Assembly (NCBI GenBank): GCA_003551365.1
Contig: PUMM01000063.1
Span: forward strand, 1 to 63,590
Origin: Clostridia bacterium
GTDB lineage: Bacteria > Bacillota > Sulfobacillia > SLMV01
Direction of reading: 5' to 3'
Length of the DNA: 63,590 nt
Position numbers and translations under genes: made by a program. This document shows, one piece after another, positions 1 through 8,946 of the stretch (positions within the stretch are counted from its first letter, which is position 1; each line of letters starts with the position of its first letter). The notes below the pieces were generated by a model, which searched no databases, had not been told where the DNA came from, and was given only the letters and a program-made list of their open reading frames with translations.

Positions 1-837
1 ACCTGCCGCAACGCCGGATGCATTGTCATTGGCACTGGGGCGCGGGTGGCACAGGTGGGCAGTGACCAGTACCTCCTCATTCGTCTCTCCAGGCAACAGC
101 GCGCTGACTACCTGCATCTGTCCTGCAGTGAAACGGGCTTCTACCTCAGCGCGCAGCCGTACGGGTTCGTCGCTGTTGTCCAGTAGCCGACGGAGCCGGG
201 TGCCCTGGCGCGGCGTGAGCACAAACCCGGGGCACGGTTCATCATCCCTGCTGAACCAAAACGACCTGTAGCAGCGAGCGTCCGGAAGGTCCATGACCTG
301 CCGCACCGGCGGGAACTCGGGGATGTTGTCCACGATGATGCCAACAGCTCCCAGCTTTTGCACGGCGATGCGGTAGGCGCGGTCCGGATCAGCATCGCAG
401 AGTACGAAACGCCCCTCTATATCGCAGTCTTCATAAGACTCCGGTCGGTCTGCCCGTGCGACGGCCACCACCTCAGCTGTCGTTCCCCCGGGTGGAGTGG
501 GCCCGGTGCGTTGGATTACACTCAGCTCGTCCTCGCCGTAGTCACACAGTTTTTGCTCGTGCTTATCCGGCTGCATTAGACGCAGGGAGGCGCGGGTGAT
601 ATCCCATTCCAGCGGCAGAGGTGGCTGCCCCCAGAAGGAGGTTTCCCCATCTGCCGTGTAGGTGAGAATTTCCGTTTGCAGGCCGAAACCCTCGAGCCTT
701 TCAGCCACGTGCTCTGCCGCCTGGCGAAAACCATCCGACACCTGTATGCGGTGAAATTGTGTGACTTCCTCCAGGTAGCGCAGGGCCCGGCGGCCGGATA
801 CAGTTTCCTGCAGTTTTCCGTACTCACTCGGGAACAT
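1..837 (-). CDS. DUF4910/M28-family aminopeptidase-like protein (3' end runs off the window)
   Basis: Absent from the ORF track because no stop lies in the window. Manual translation from ATG at 837 (RBS AAAGGAGG) is open to base 1: MFPSEYGKLQ...FHRIQVS...EEVLVTAHLCHPRPSANDNASG, an M28-type Zn-binding motif. Confidence 0.8.
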   Translation of the reverse strand, partial: MFPSEYGKLQETVSGRRALRYLEEVTQFHRIQVSDGFRQAAEHVAERLEGFGLQTEILTYTADGETSFWGQPPLPLEWDITRASLRLMQPDKHEQKLCDYGEDELSVIQRTGPTPPGGTTAEVVAVARADRPESYEDCDIEGRFVLCDADPDRAYRIAVQKLGAVGIIVDNIPEFPPVRQVMDLPDARCYRSFWFSRDDEPCPGFVLTPRQGTRLRRLLDNSDEPVRLRAEVEARFTAGQMQVVSALLPGETNEEVLVTAHLCHPRPSANDNASGVAAG

Positions 838-925
838 ATCGTCCTCCTTTACTTGTCCGGTATAATGGATGATAATTACTTGGACAAAGAGACGGCCATA
901 CCTTTATGTGAAGGGGAAAGCATTT

Positions 926-1657
926 GTGATTCCTCTCAGAGACAACATCCGATCGCGTCGTCGACCCTGGATAACCTACCTTCTCATCGGCGTAAATACC
1001 GCCGTTTTTTTGTACCAGCTGTCCCTGAGCCACGGTGAACTCAACGAGCTGCTGCGCACCTACGCTGTCATTCCCATGCGTATCGGCGGGCCGCTGGCGC
1101 TGCTGTTTCCCGAGCGCTGGCCCCAGCTTATCACCCTGTTCTCGGCCATGTTTTTGCACGGCAGCTGGTTTCACTACGGGGGGAATATGCTGTATTTGTG
1201 GATCTTCGGCGACAACGTGGAGGGTAGTATGGGCGGGATACGGTACCTGCTCTTCTACCTTCTCACCGGTGCGATTGGCAACCTGGCGCACGTTACCATG
1301 AACGCTCACAGTCCCGTGCCCACGATCGGGGCCAGTGGGGCCATTGCGGGCATTTTGGGCGCCTACCTGCTCATGTTCCCATACGCCCGCGTTATGACCC
1401 TGGTGCCCTTGGGCATATTCTTCACCGTGGCTGAGATCCCGGCGCTGGTGTTCCTGCTGGTGTGGTTTTTGCTGCAGTTAATCAGCGGTCTGAGTCCGAT
1501 GGGAGCACAGGCGGTGGCCTGGTGGGCACATATTGGTGGGTTTTTGGCCGGGGTTTTCATGGTATTCTGGTTTCGGCAGGATTCGCGGGCGAGACGCCGC
1601 ACAGACAGGGAGCTGGACATTTTTGGCGAGAATCATGGCGATAGACCTTGGAGATAA
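926..1657 (+). CDS. Rhomboid family intramembrane serine protease
   Basis: MIPLRD start, FLHGSWFHYGGNMLYLWIFG, catalytic GASG and AHIGG motifs; GTG start chosen after AAGGGG. Confidence 0.93.
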   Translation: MIPLRDNIRSRRRPWITYLLIGVNTAVFLYQLSLSHGELNELLRTYAVIPMRIGGPLALLFPERWPQLITLFSAMFLHGSWFHYGGNMLYLWIFGDNVEGSMGGIRYLLFYLLTGAIGNLAHVTMNAHSPVPTIGASGAIAGILGAYLLMFPYARVMTLVPLGIFFTVAEIPALVFLLVWFLLQLISGLSPMGAQAVAWWAHIGGFLAGVFMVFWFRQDSRARRRTDRELDIFGENHGDRPWR

Positions 1658-2072
1658 GCGCATAGGCGTGGCGGTGAGTGATCCCACGCAGACCCTGGCG
1701 CAGCCGCTCTGCACCCTGCACTGGGGAGAAGACCCCCTGCCCGATAGTGCGTCGGTGGTGCAGGAGATAGTTGAGCTCTGCCGTAAATACGAAGTGGAGA
1801 CCCTGATCATAGGCTTTCCCCGCCATATGGATGGAAGCGAGGGAGAGCGGGCCAGACGGGCCCGTCAGTGGAAGGACAGGTTGGCAACTGCTGCTCCATG
1901 TCGTGTACAATTGGAAGATGAACGCCTGACGAGCCGGATTGCCGAGCGCGCTCTAATAGAGGGAGACGTACGCCGGGCGCAGCGAAAAGAGCGAATTGAC
2001 AGGATGGCTGCTGCGCTGATCCTGGATACCTATCTCCGTCGCCGGTGTGACGGCTCCGGTTCCCGGGCATGA
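1623..2072 (+). CDS. ruvX: YqgF/RuvX family nuclease (pre-16S rRNA processing)
   Basis: RIMAIDLGDKRIGVAVSD, DERLTS and IDRMAAALIL motifs; precedes DUF1292-mltG as is usual in Firmicutes. Confidence 0.93.
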   Translation: MARIMAIDLGDKRIGVAVSDPTQTLAQPLCTLHWGEDPLPDSASVVQEIVELCRKYEVETLIIGFPRHMDGSEGERARRARQWKDRLATAAPCRVQLEDERLTSRIAERALIEGDVRRAQRKERIDRMAAALILDTYLRRRCDGSGSRA

Positions 2073-2093
2073 TGTATACGGAGGGGTGATAGT

Positions 2094-2363
2094 GTGGATA
2101 GAGAGGACATTCCCGCAGGAGAGGTCATAGAATTGGTAGACGAGGATGGCGAGAGCCACCCATTCCAAATACTGGACATGCTGGACGTGGATGAGAGCCA
2201 GTACTTGATCTGTACTCCCATGGAAGAGGAAGACGAGGGAGCGGGCGAGGCCTTCGCCTTCCGCGTGGCTGAAGAGGACGACGAGACCTATTTGCGCGAG
2301 ATTGACGACGAGGATGAGTTCGCCCAGGTAGCTGAAGAGTGGCAGAAGAAGATGGACGGCTGA
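2094..2363 (+). CDS. DUF1292 domain protein
   Basis: Acidic 89 aa with IELVDEDG and LREIDDEDEF..V; conserved position between ruvX and mltG. Confidence 0.85.
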   Translation: MDREDIPAGEVIELVDEDGESHPFQILDMLDVDESQYLICTPMEEEDEGAGEAFAFRVAEEDDETYLREIDDEDEFAQVAEEWQKKMDG

Positions 2364-2402
2364 GGCCGGTCCCGGGCGAGAGGTTGCGCGGGGGAGGAGA
2401 CC

Positions 2403-3455
2403 GTGTGTAGGAACGTACTGGTGGCCGCAGTGGTTCTGATGGTTGTGGGCGCCGGGGTGGCGGCGGTGGGCTATGCTCAGTGGGTGAACGCCCTGGAACC
2501 GGTTGACCCAATATCGGACAATACCGTACTGGTGCAGGTGGAACCCGGCAGCAGCACTGCTGACATTGCCGCTATGCTGGAGGAAGAAAACCTGATCCGT
2601 TCCGGCTGGGCTTTTGTGCTTCTGGCCCGCGTACAGCAGAGAGACGGGCAGGCCCGGGCAGGTTGGTATGAGCTGCACCCGGCCATGACCCCGGAGGATA
2701 TACTGGACAAGTTGATACGCGGTGAGGCTGCCACCATGCAGTTTACCATTCCCGAGGGGCTCACCGTGCAGCAGGTCGTCGACCGTATGGTTGCACAGGA
2801 TATGGGCGAGGAAGATGCGTTCTGGGCGGCCGTGCACGATGAGGAGGTCATCGACCTCATAGCTCAGTGGCTCCCCGAGGAGTATGCTCCGGAGGAAGCG
2901 TGCCCGGAATACGAGCTGCCGAGCTCTGTCCTGGAGGGATATCTCTACCCCGACACCTACACTGTGGACTATGGACTGAGCGAAGCTGAGATGGTGCAGA
3001 TGGTGCTGAATCGGTTTCTGCAGCACTGGGATGAGGAACGGGCAGAAAGAGCAGAGGAGATGGATCTGAGTCCCCATGAGGTGGTCACACTCGCCTCTAT
3101 TGTGGAACGGGAGGCACGAGTAGATGATGAGCGTCCCAAGATTGCCTCCGTGTTTCTGAACCGGCTGGAGCGCGAGATGCTGCTGGGAGCATGCTCCACC
3201 GTTCTTTACGTACAGGGCCGGTTCTCTGGTCCGGTGCTTGATGAGGATACTGAGATCGACTCTCCCTACAATACATATCGGGCCGCGGATCTTCCCCCCG
3301 GTCCCATTGCCAGCCCGGGTCAGAGCAGCATCGATGCGGTTTTGAATCCCGACTCTACTGATTATCTGTATTTTGTCTCCCGCGGCGATGGCACGCACGC
3401 GTTCGCCCGCACCTATGACGAGCACCTGCAGAACGTCGCCGAGTACGGTGAATGA
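2403..3455 (+). CDS. mltG: Endolytic transglycosylase MltG (YceG family)
   Basis: N-terminal TM helix, TIPEG, LEGYLYPDTY, LASIVERE, SPYNTY, LPPGPIASPG motifs. Confidence 0.95.
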   Translation: MCRNVLVAAVVLMVVGAGVAAVGYAQWVNALEPVDPISDNTVLVQVEPGSSTADIAAMLEEENLIRSGWAFVLLARVQQRDGQARAGWYELHPAMTPEDILDKLIRGEAATMQFTIPEGLTVQQVVDRMVAQDMGEEDAFWAAVHDEEVIDLIAQWLPEEYAPEEACPEYELPSSVLEGYLYPDTYTVDYGLSEAEMVQMVLNRFLQHWDEERAERAEEMDLSPHEVVTLASIVEREARVDDERPKIASVFLNRLEREMLLGACSTVLYVQGRFSGPVLDEDTEIDSPYNTYRAADLPPGPIASPGQSSIDAVLNPDSTDYLYFVSRGDGTHAFARTYDEHLQNVAEYGE

Positions 3456-3617
3456 GCTGCCGCGCCCCGTTTGTGTGCTCTGTTCCCCTTCATCCTCACT
3501 CCCCGGGTGTACGCAGTGGGGCGCTGCGTGGTTGGCGCCGTCGCCATTCCCTGCCGAATTTCCCCCCTGAATGGAGCTGAAGCCCCGGCCGGTGGCCATC
3601 ATTTTTCGCCGGACATG

Positions 3618-3645
3618 CACCGTTCCCATTTCGGGCGCATAAGCT
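3618..3645 (+). promoter_or_regulatory. Putative sigma-K/sigma-E type promoter of sigK
   Basis: CACC-N16-CATAAGCT fits the mACm-N16-CATAnnnT consensus. Confidence 0.5.
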
Positions 3646-3710
3646 GGTACTCGATGCATTAGAGCGCTCACGCCATCCCCAATCGACATCCGGAGGGGGT
3701 AGTTTCGGCC

Positions 3711-4433
3711 GTGGAACCTGGCTCGGTTGCACTGTTTGCTGTTCTGGTTGCGCAGGGACTGTCATTTCTATTCGGCTACCTCACTGGACAGAAGAGTTTC
3801 CCTCGCCCTCTCACGCCGGGGCGGGAGAGAATCCTCCTGCAGGAGATGGAGCGGGGGGATGATCGGGCGCGGGAGACGCTGATCGCCCACAACCTACGCC
3901 TGGTGGCTCATGTGGCCAAGAAGTTCGACAGCACACCATTGGACCAGGAGGACCTGATTTCCATCGGGAGTATTGGCCTGATCAAGGGCATCGACACCTT
4001 TGATCGCAGCAAAGGGGTTCGGTTGGCAACCTATGCGGCCCGGTGCATCGAGAACGAGATTCTCATGGCGCTGCGGCGGCGCAGGGGCAAGCAGGAGACC
4101 TCGCTGGAGGATCCCATCGGTACGGACAATGAGGGGAACGAAATCAGCCTCCTGGATATACTGGCCGCGGAGACGGAGGCGGTTTCTGATTCAGTCAATC
4201 GGGAAATGCTGAGAAAAAGAATGACCGAGAGTTTGGAGGTATTGACGCCTCGAGAGCGAAAGATTATTGAGATGCGTTTCGGCCTCAACGGCAGTGAGGT
4301 GAGGACTCAGCGCGAGATTGCCGGGATGCTCGGGATCTCCCGCTCCTACGTATCGAGGATTCAGAAACGGAGCGTGAGCAAGATTTCCGCGGCCATGCAG
4401 AAATACGCGTCTGACGATGGGCACACATTATAG
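3711..4433 (+). CDS. sigK: Sporulation sigma factor pro-SigK, uninterrupted
   Basis: Hydrophobic pro-sequence then SFPRPL, HNLRLVAHVAKKF, LATYAARCIENEILM, TQREIA..LGISRSYVSRI. Confidence 0.93.
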   Translation: MEPGSVALFAVLVAQGLSFLFGYLTGQKSFPRPLTPGRERILLQEMERGDDRARETLIAHNLRLVAHVAKKFDSTPLDQEDLISIGSIGLIKGIDTFDRSKGVRLATYAARCIENEILMALRRRRGKQETSLEDPIGTDNEGNEISLLDILAAETEAVSDSVNREMLRKRMTESLEVLTPRERKIIEMRFGLNGSEVRTQREIAGMLGISRSYVSRIQKRSVSKISAAMQKYASDDGHTL

Positions 4434-4451
4434 GCCAGAGGAGAGTGAGTT

Positions 4452-4976
4452 TTGGGACTGGTGCACCTGCTGACACCTGATCAGTATCTATCGTCCATAG
4501 AGGAGATTGACCTGGATGACCTGGAGCATGCGGGAGTTGAGGCTGTGATCTGTGATCTGGACAACACTCTCGTACCATTCGGGTCAGAAGAGATTGCCGA
4601 ATCGACGAAGAAATGGCTGCGGGAGGTGCGGGACCGCGGCTTTCGGGTGGTTCTGCTCTCCAACGCCATGTCCAACCGGGTTGAGCGGCTGGCTGCGAGA
4701 CTGGACGTTCCGGCAATTGCCGGCGCCACCAAGCCGCGCGCTGCTGCCTATCACCGGGCCATGCAGGTCCTGGGTGCCGCGCCGGGGCGCTGTGCGGCGG
4801 TTGGTGATCAGCTGTTCACCGACGTGGTGGGCGGCAACCGGATGGGGATGCAGACCATCCTGGTCCTGCCCCTCTCCCGCAGAGATTTCTTCATGACCAA
4901 GATTCTGCGCCTGATGGAACGTTGGACCATATGTTATCTGCAGAGACGTGGATGCACGGAGCGGCCGGAGGGATAG
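4452..4976 (+). CDS. yqeG: YqeG family HAD IIIA phosphatase
   Basis: DLDNTL, LLSN, KP and VGDQLFTDVVGGNRMG motifs. Confidence 0.93.
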   Translation: MGLVHLLTPDQYLSSIEEIDLDDLEHAGVEAVICDLDNTLVPFGSEEIAESTKKWLREVRDRGFRVVLLSNAMSNRVERLAARLDVPAIAGATKPRAAAYHRAMQVLGAAPGRCAAVGDQLFTDVVGGNRMGMQTILVLPLSRRDFFMTKILRLMERWTICYLQRRGCTERPEG

Positions 4977-4979
4977 CAC

Positions 4980-5246
4980 GTGACATATCGGGTCGATGAG
5001 AGGATGGCGAGGGTGAAGCAATCTGGATTCCTGTACACCATGATTCGCCGCGTCGCCGAGTTCGATGCGGGAGAGCGCAGTGGAGAGCGCTTTTTGGATA
5101 TTCTGGCTGAACATCTCGCGGCGGGCCGGCGCGAGCACGAATTCCTGAAGGAGTGCCAGCTGTGCGACATCGGCGTGGTTCGCCGACCGGAATACACCGA
5201 GCTCCGCTATTACATGTGGTGCAATCCGGCGAGCGAGGACAACTGA
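4980..5246 (+). CDS. Hypothetical protein, 88 aa
   Basis: GGAGG RBS and GTG start 3 nt after the yqeG stop; contains CQLC; no recognised family. Confidence 0.55.
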   Translation: MTYRVDERMARVKQSGFLYTMIRRVAEFDAGERSGERFLDILAEHLAAGRREHEFLKECQLCDIGVVRRPEYTELRYYMWCNPASEDN

Positions 5247-5316
5247 TCCCGCGGCTGCTTCCGGTTGGCCACGTGCGATCCCGGGGGAGCGTTGACCGGC
5301 AGACCCCTCGGGGTTG

Positions 5317-5345
5317 GCAGGACTGGCCCACCGCATCGAGAATAA
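5317..5345 (+). promoter_or_regulatory. Putative sigma-H promoter upstream of pilC
   Basis: GCAGGACTG-N11-CGAGAATAA (AGGA-N17-GAAT spacing). Confidence 0.5.
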
Positions 5346-5474
5346 GGCGAGCAGCAAAACATGTCGTTTCCTGTAGTGTGCGCGGGCGCGTCCTCCGTGC
5401 GCCGATGAGTGGTCGCATGGCTGCGAGAGACTGTCCCACCGCCGCTGCCGGGCGACGATGGGGGGTCATCCGCC

Positions 5475-6680
5475 ATGCCATCATATGTGTACGAGGCGAT
5501 TGATGACGCTGGATCCTCTGTAACTGGTGAAGTGGAGGCGGGCAGCGAAATGGCTGCTGCCGAGCAGGTGCGGCGGATGGGCTACACTCCCGTCCGGATG
5601 CGCCCCGCCCGGCGGTCCTTTTTTGCGGGTCTGCTGCAGTACGAAAAGCCCGTCAGTCTGGGTGATCTGGGCCTTTTCACCCGCCAGCTGGCCTCTATGT
5701 TGAACGCCGGAATACCCCTCATTCGGGCCCTGCATGCGCTGGGTGAGCAGTCTGCCAATCCCACGTTGAAGAAGGTGGTTACCCGGACGGCCGACGCGGT
5801 CGAGGGGGGAGCCGGTCTGTCCGAGGCCATGTCCGCTCATCCAGACGTTTTCTCCGACATGTACGCGGATATGATCCAGGCTGGAGAAGTGGGCGGAAAC
5901 CTGGTCGAGGTCCTGCATCGGCTGGCGGAGCAAATCGACAAGGATAAGACGCTGCGCGACAATATCCGCAGCGCCACCATTTACCCCGTGGCCGTTGTGT
6001 CATTTGCTGTGCTCATTTTGCTGGGCATGATGTTCTTCATCGTTCCCGTTTTTGTGGACATGTTTCCCGAGGGGGTCGCTCTTCCGCTTCCCACTCAGAT
6101 CATAATCAACTTCAGCGATTCGCTCCGCACCGCCTGGTATCTCTACCTGGTTGCAGTGGCGGGGCTGGCCCTCGCCTTGCGCACCTATCTGCGTTCTGAA
6201 CGCGGCACAAAATGGTGGGACCGGGCTCGCTTTCAGATGCCCGTACTCGGCTCCCTCTTTCAGAAGATAGTCCTGGCCCGGTTCTGCCGCACGCTGGCCA
6301 CCCTGCTCGGAGGCGGGATCCCCATACTCGAGGCACTGGAGACGGCAGGACCGACCTCCGGCAGCATCCAGATGGAGGAGTCGGTGGATGCGGCCTCGGA
6401 ACGGGTGAAACACGGCGAAAGCCTCACCGAACCGCTGCAGGAGAATCCTCTCTTTCCGCCCATGGTCACCATGATGGTGGCCATCGGAGAGGAGACCGGC
6501 GAACTGCCGGGCCTGTTGAACCGGGTGGCGGAGTTTTACGAGATGGAAGTGGACTCCATTACCCGGGGACTCACCTCCCTGCTTGAGCCCGTTCTGATTA
6601 TCGTGGTGGGCGGCATGGTGGCGGTTATGGTCATCGCCCTGTATCTCCCTCTCTTCACCGTCATCACTCAGATCGGCTGA
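5475..6680 (+). CDS. pilC: Type IV pilus platform protein PilC (GspF family)
   Basis: FTRQLASMLNAGIPL, AGEVGGNL, YP, GEETGEL, LLEP..I motifs; ATG after GGGGG. Confidence 0.95.
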   Translation: MPSYVYEAIDDAGSSVTGEVEAGSEMAAAEQVRRMGYTPVRMRPARRSFFAGLLQYEKPVSLGDLGLFTRQLASMLNAGIPLIRALHALGEQSANPTLKKVVTRTADAVEGGAGLSEAMSAHPDVFSDMYADMIQAGEVGGNLVEVLHRLAEQIDKDKTLRDNIRSATIYPVAVVSFAVLILLGMMFFIVPVFVDMFPEGVALPLPTQIIINFSDSLRTAWYLYLVAVAGLALALRTYLRSERGTKWWDRARFQMPVLGSLFQKIVLARFCRTLATLLGGGIPILEALETAGPTSGSIQMEESVDAASERVKHGESLTEPLQENPLFPPMVTMMVAIGEETGELPGLLNRVAEFYEMEVDSITRGLTSLLEPVLIIVVGGMVAVMVIALYLPLFTVITQIG

Positions 6681-6785
6681 AAATCGATACGGCACCCCAC
6701 TAAAATCCGAGCCCCGCTGTGACGATACATGTGGATAGGAGGAAAATCAGTTTGCGGCCGGGACGACGAGGAGTTGATACGGCGG

Positions 6786-7787
6786 ATGATATTTTCGGCC
6801 GGAATGCGAGCTGTGGGATTGGAAATAGATGCACAGGCAGTGCGGGCGGTGGAGTTGAAACCCGGTCGCAGCGGAGTTCAGCTGCGGGCCGCCGGGCGGT
6901 GTTCCCTGCCCGAGGGCGCGGTCAGCGCCGGGGTGGTGCAGGAGACCGACGCAGTTGCCGATGCACTTCACCAGTTGTGGTCTGACGCAGGATTTGCCGT
7001 GCGGGACGTGGTGGTGGGGGTGGCCAATCAGGGCATGTTCATGCGGTCCATCACTTTTCCCCGCGTGCCGCGCGAGAACCTGGAAGATGCTCTCCGGCTG
7101 CAGGCGGGAGAGCACCTTCCCATTCCCCTCGAGCAGCTGGTAATGGATTTTGCCGTACTCGACGAGATCACGGGCGAGGAGGGAGAGGAACTGTACGAAC
7201 TACTGCTGGTGGCGGTGCGCCGGGACCAGCTGCAGCGGACACTGGATGCCCTGCAGCACTCCGGACTCCGGCCGGTGGTGGTCGATGCTTCCCCCCTCGC
7301 TCTCGCCCGCAACCTGGAGCAGAGTGAGCTGGCCGGATCCATTGTGCTGGCCGACGTGGCCGGAGGGGTCACCAGCCTGCTGGTGGTCTCCGGGGGGCAG
7401 CCCGTATTTGCCCGGGTGTCGCCCGTGGGGCTCTCGTCGCTCAACGGCCGCCCCGGGGATGACGATGCCCCGGCTGCAGATGACCGGGAAGCCCAGGAAT
7501 CCTGGGCGCGCGAACTGGCACAGGAGATCAACACATCGGTGCATTACTACCTCACGCAGACCTATGACGAAGTGGTTGATGCGCTGATCATCAGCGGCTG
7601 TGGATCCCGACCGGACGTAGTCCCCGAGATCCTGGAGGAGGCGCTGGAGATGCCGGTGCGCCGCCTCGATCCTCTGCGGCGCCTCGCTGTCGTGCGCGAT
7701 GACGGCATCGACTGGGAGAGCGACGCGTCCGATTTTGCCGTAAGCATAGGCCTGGGCCACAGGGCCATTGAGGAGGGGGCGGGATGA
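6786..7787 (+). CDS. pilM: Type IV pilus assembly protein PilM
   Basis: VGLEID...VRAVEL, IPLEQLVMDF, LLVA, DASPLALAR, FAVSIGLG; start uncertain (6729-6804). Confidence 0.92.
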   Translation: MIFSAGMRAVGLEIDAQAVRAVELKPGRSGVQLRAAGRCSLPEGAVSAGVVQETDAVADALHQLWSDAGFAVRDVVVGVANQGMFMRSITFPRVPRENLEDALRLQAGEHLPIPLEQLVMDFAVLDEITGEEGEELYELLLVAVRRDQLQRTLDALQHSGLRPVVVDASPLALARNLEQSELAGSIVLADVAGGVTSLLVVSGGQPVFARVSPVGLSSLNGRPGDDDAPAADDREAQESWARELAQEINTSVHYYLTQTYDEVVDALIISGCGSRPDVVPEILEEALEMPVRRLDPLRRLAVVRDDGIDWESDASDFAVSIGLGHRAIEEGAG

Positions 7788-8392
7788 TTCGCATTAACCT
7801 GCTGCCCCCAGAAATCAAACAGGCCCGCCGGCTTGCCCGTCAGCAGTTATACCTGGGCATAGCAGTGGGGTGCCTGGTCCTGCTGCTGGTCCTGGGGAAC
7901 CTGTTTCTGCGCTGGCAGACGGTCCGTATCCGGCAGCACGTGGACGTCGTGCAGAAGCAGCGGGAGGCCGTGGAGGTATCCGTACAGGAGCATGAGCCAT
8001 ACGTGGACCTGCAGGCCCAGATGCAGGGTCGTCGGAGCCTGCTGCAGCAGGTCATGGGTGCCCCACCCGACTGGGTCACAGTGCTGCGGCGGATGGGCGA
8101 GGACATACCGGAGCACGTCTGGCTCACCGATCTCCGTCTGACGGCTGGTGCAGCGGACGAAGAGGGGGAAGACCGGCCGGGCGATATGATGATGCGGGGC
8201 TACACCTACGATCATACCGATACTGCGGACTGGTTGGATACGGTGCAGAAAATGTCCGGGGTTGAGGATGTGCGGTGTTCATTTTCTGTCGAGGAATCAT
8301 ATGGTCGTTTCCTGGTGGTGGAGTTTGAGGTCAGCTCCCTGCTGCCCCCGGGAGACGAATTTGCCCCACCCGAGGCGGGTGATGACGATTGA
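7784..8392 (+). CDS. pilN: Type IV pilus assembly protein PilN
   Basis: N-terminal INLLP motif, TM helix, coiled coil, IPEHVWLTDL. Confidence 0.92.
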   Translation: MIRINLLPPEIKQARRLARQQLYLGIAVGCLVLLLVLGNLFLRWQTVRIRQHVDVVQKQREAVEVSVQEHEPYVDLQAQMQGRRSLLQQVMGAPPDWVTVLRRMGEDIPEHVWLTDLRLTAGAADEEGEDRPGDMMMRGYTYDHTDTADWLDTVQKMSGVEDVRCSFSVEESYGRFLVVEFEVSSLLPPGDEFAPPEAGDDD

Positions 8393-8930
8393 TGCACAGC
8401 TGCTGAATCAACGCAGCGCGCAGCTCATCCTGGCGGTTGGCACCGTGTTGATACTGGGGCTGGCCTTTGCCGCCTTTCAGCAGTACGGGGCCCTGGACGA
8501 TGCGCGCACGCGTTTGGCGGGGGAGGAGGAGGCGGTGGACGAGGCCGAGGCACAGCTCGACCGCCGGCTGGAGCTTGCGGAGGAGAGCGAGGAAATGGAG
8601 GAGACACTCAAAATCATGGAGGACATGGTGCCGCCCAAACCGGATGAGAGCGGCGTAATCTCAGACATCCAGGATTGGGCGGACGAGGCCGCAATAGACT
8701 TCATCTCCATCCAGTTCGCCGATCGGGTCGAGGAAGAGGAATACGTCCAGATGCCGGTGGAGCTGTCCTTTGCGGGAGGCTATGAGGATATGCTGGAGCT
8801 CACTCGGCACCTCATCGGAGCGGAACGGGCTTTCCGCATCGAGGAAGTTCGCATGGGTGGGGCGGACGGCGACCCTCCAGAATTGAGTGTATCGATTCGC
8901 TGCAGTGTGTTTTACGTTATCGATGAATAG
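8382..8930 (+). CDS. pilO: Type IV pilus assembly protein PilO
   Basis: TM helix, coiled coil, MPVELSFAGGY, ERAFRIEEV; overlaps pilN. Confidence 0.88.
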   Translation: MTIDAQLLNQRSAQLILAVGTVLILGLAFAAFQQYGALDDARTRLAGEEEAVDEAEAQLDRRLELAEESEEMEETLKIMEDMVPPKPDESGVISDIQDWADEAAIDFISIQFADRVEEEEYVQMPVELSFAGGYEDMLELTRHLIGAERAFRIEEVRMGGADGDPPELSVSIRCSVFYVIDE

Positions 8931-8946
8931 GGAGTGTGGTCAGTCA

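Noticed and set aside
1953-3689. Long antisense ORFs (also 10708-12378, 13790-15157, 29832-31499, 39033-40784 and others)
   Set aside because: They are shadow frames of well-supported genes in GC-rich DNA, with no motifs or RBS.
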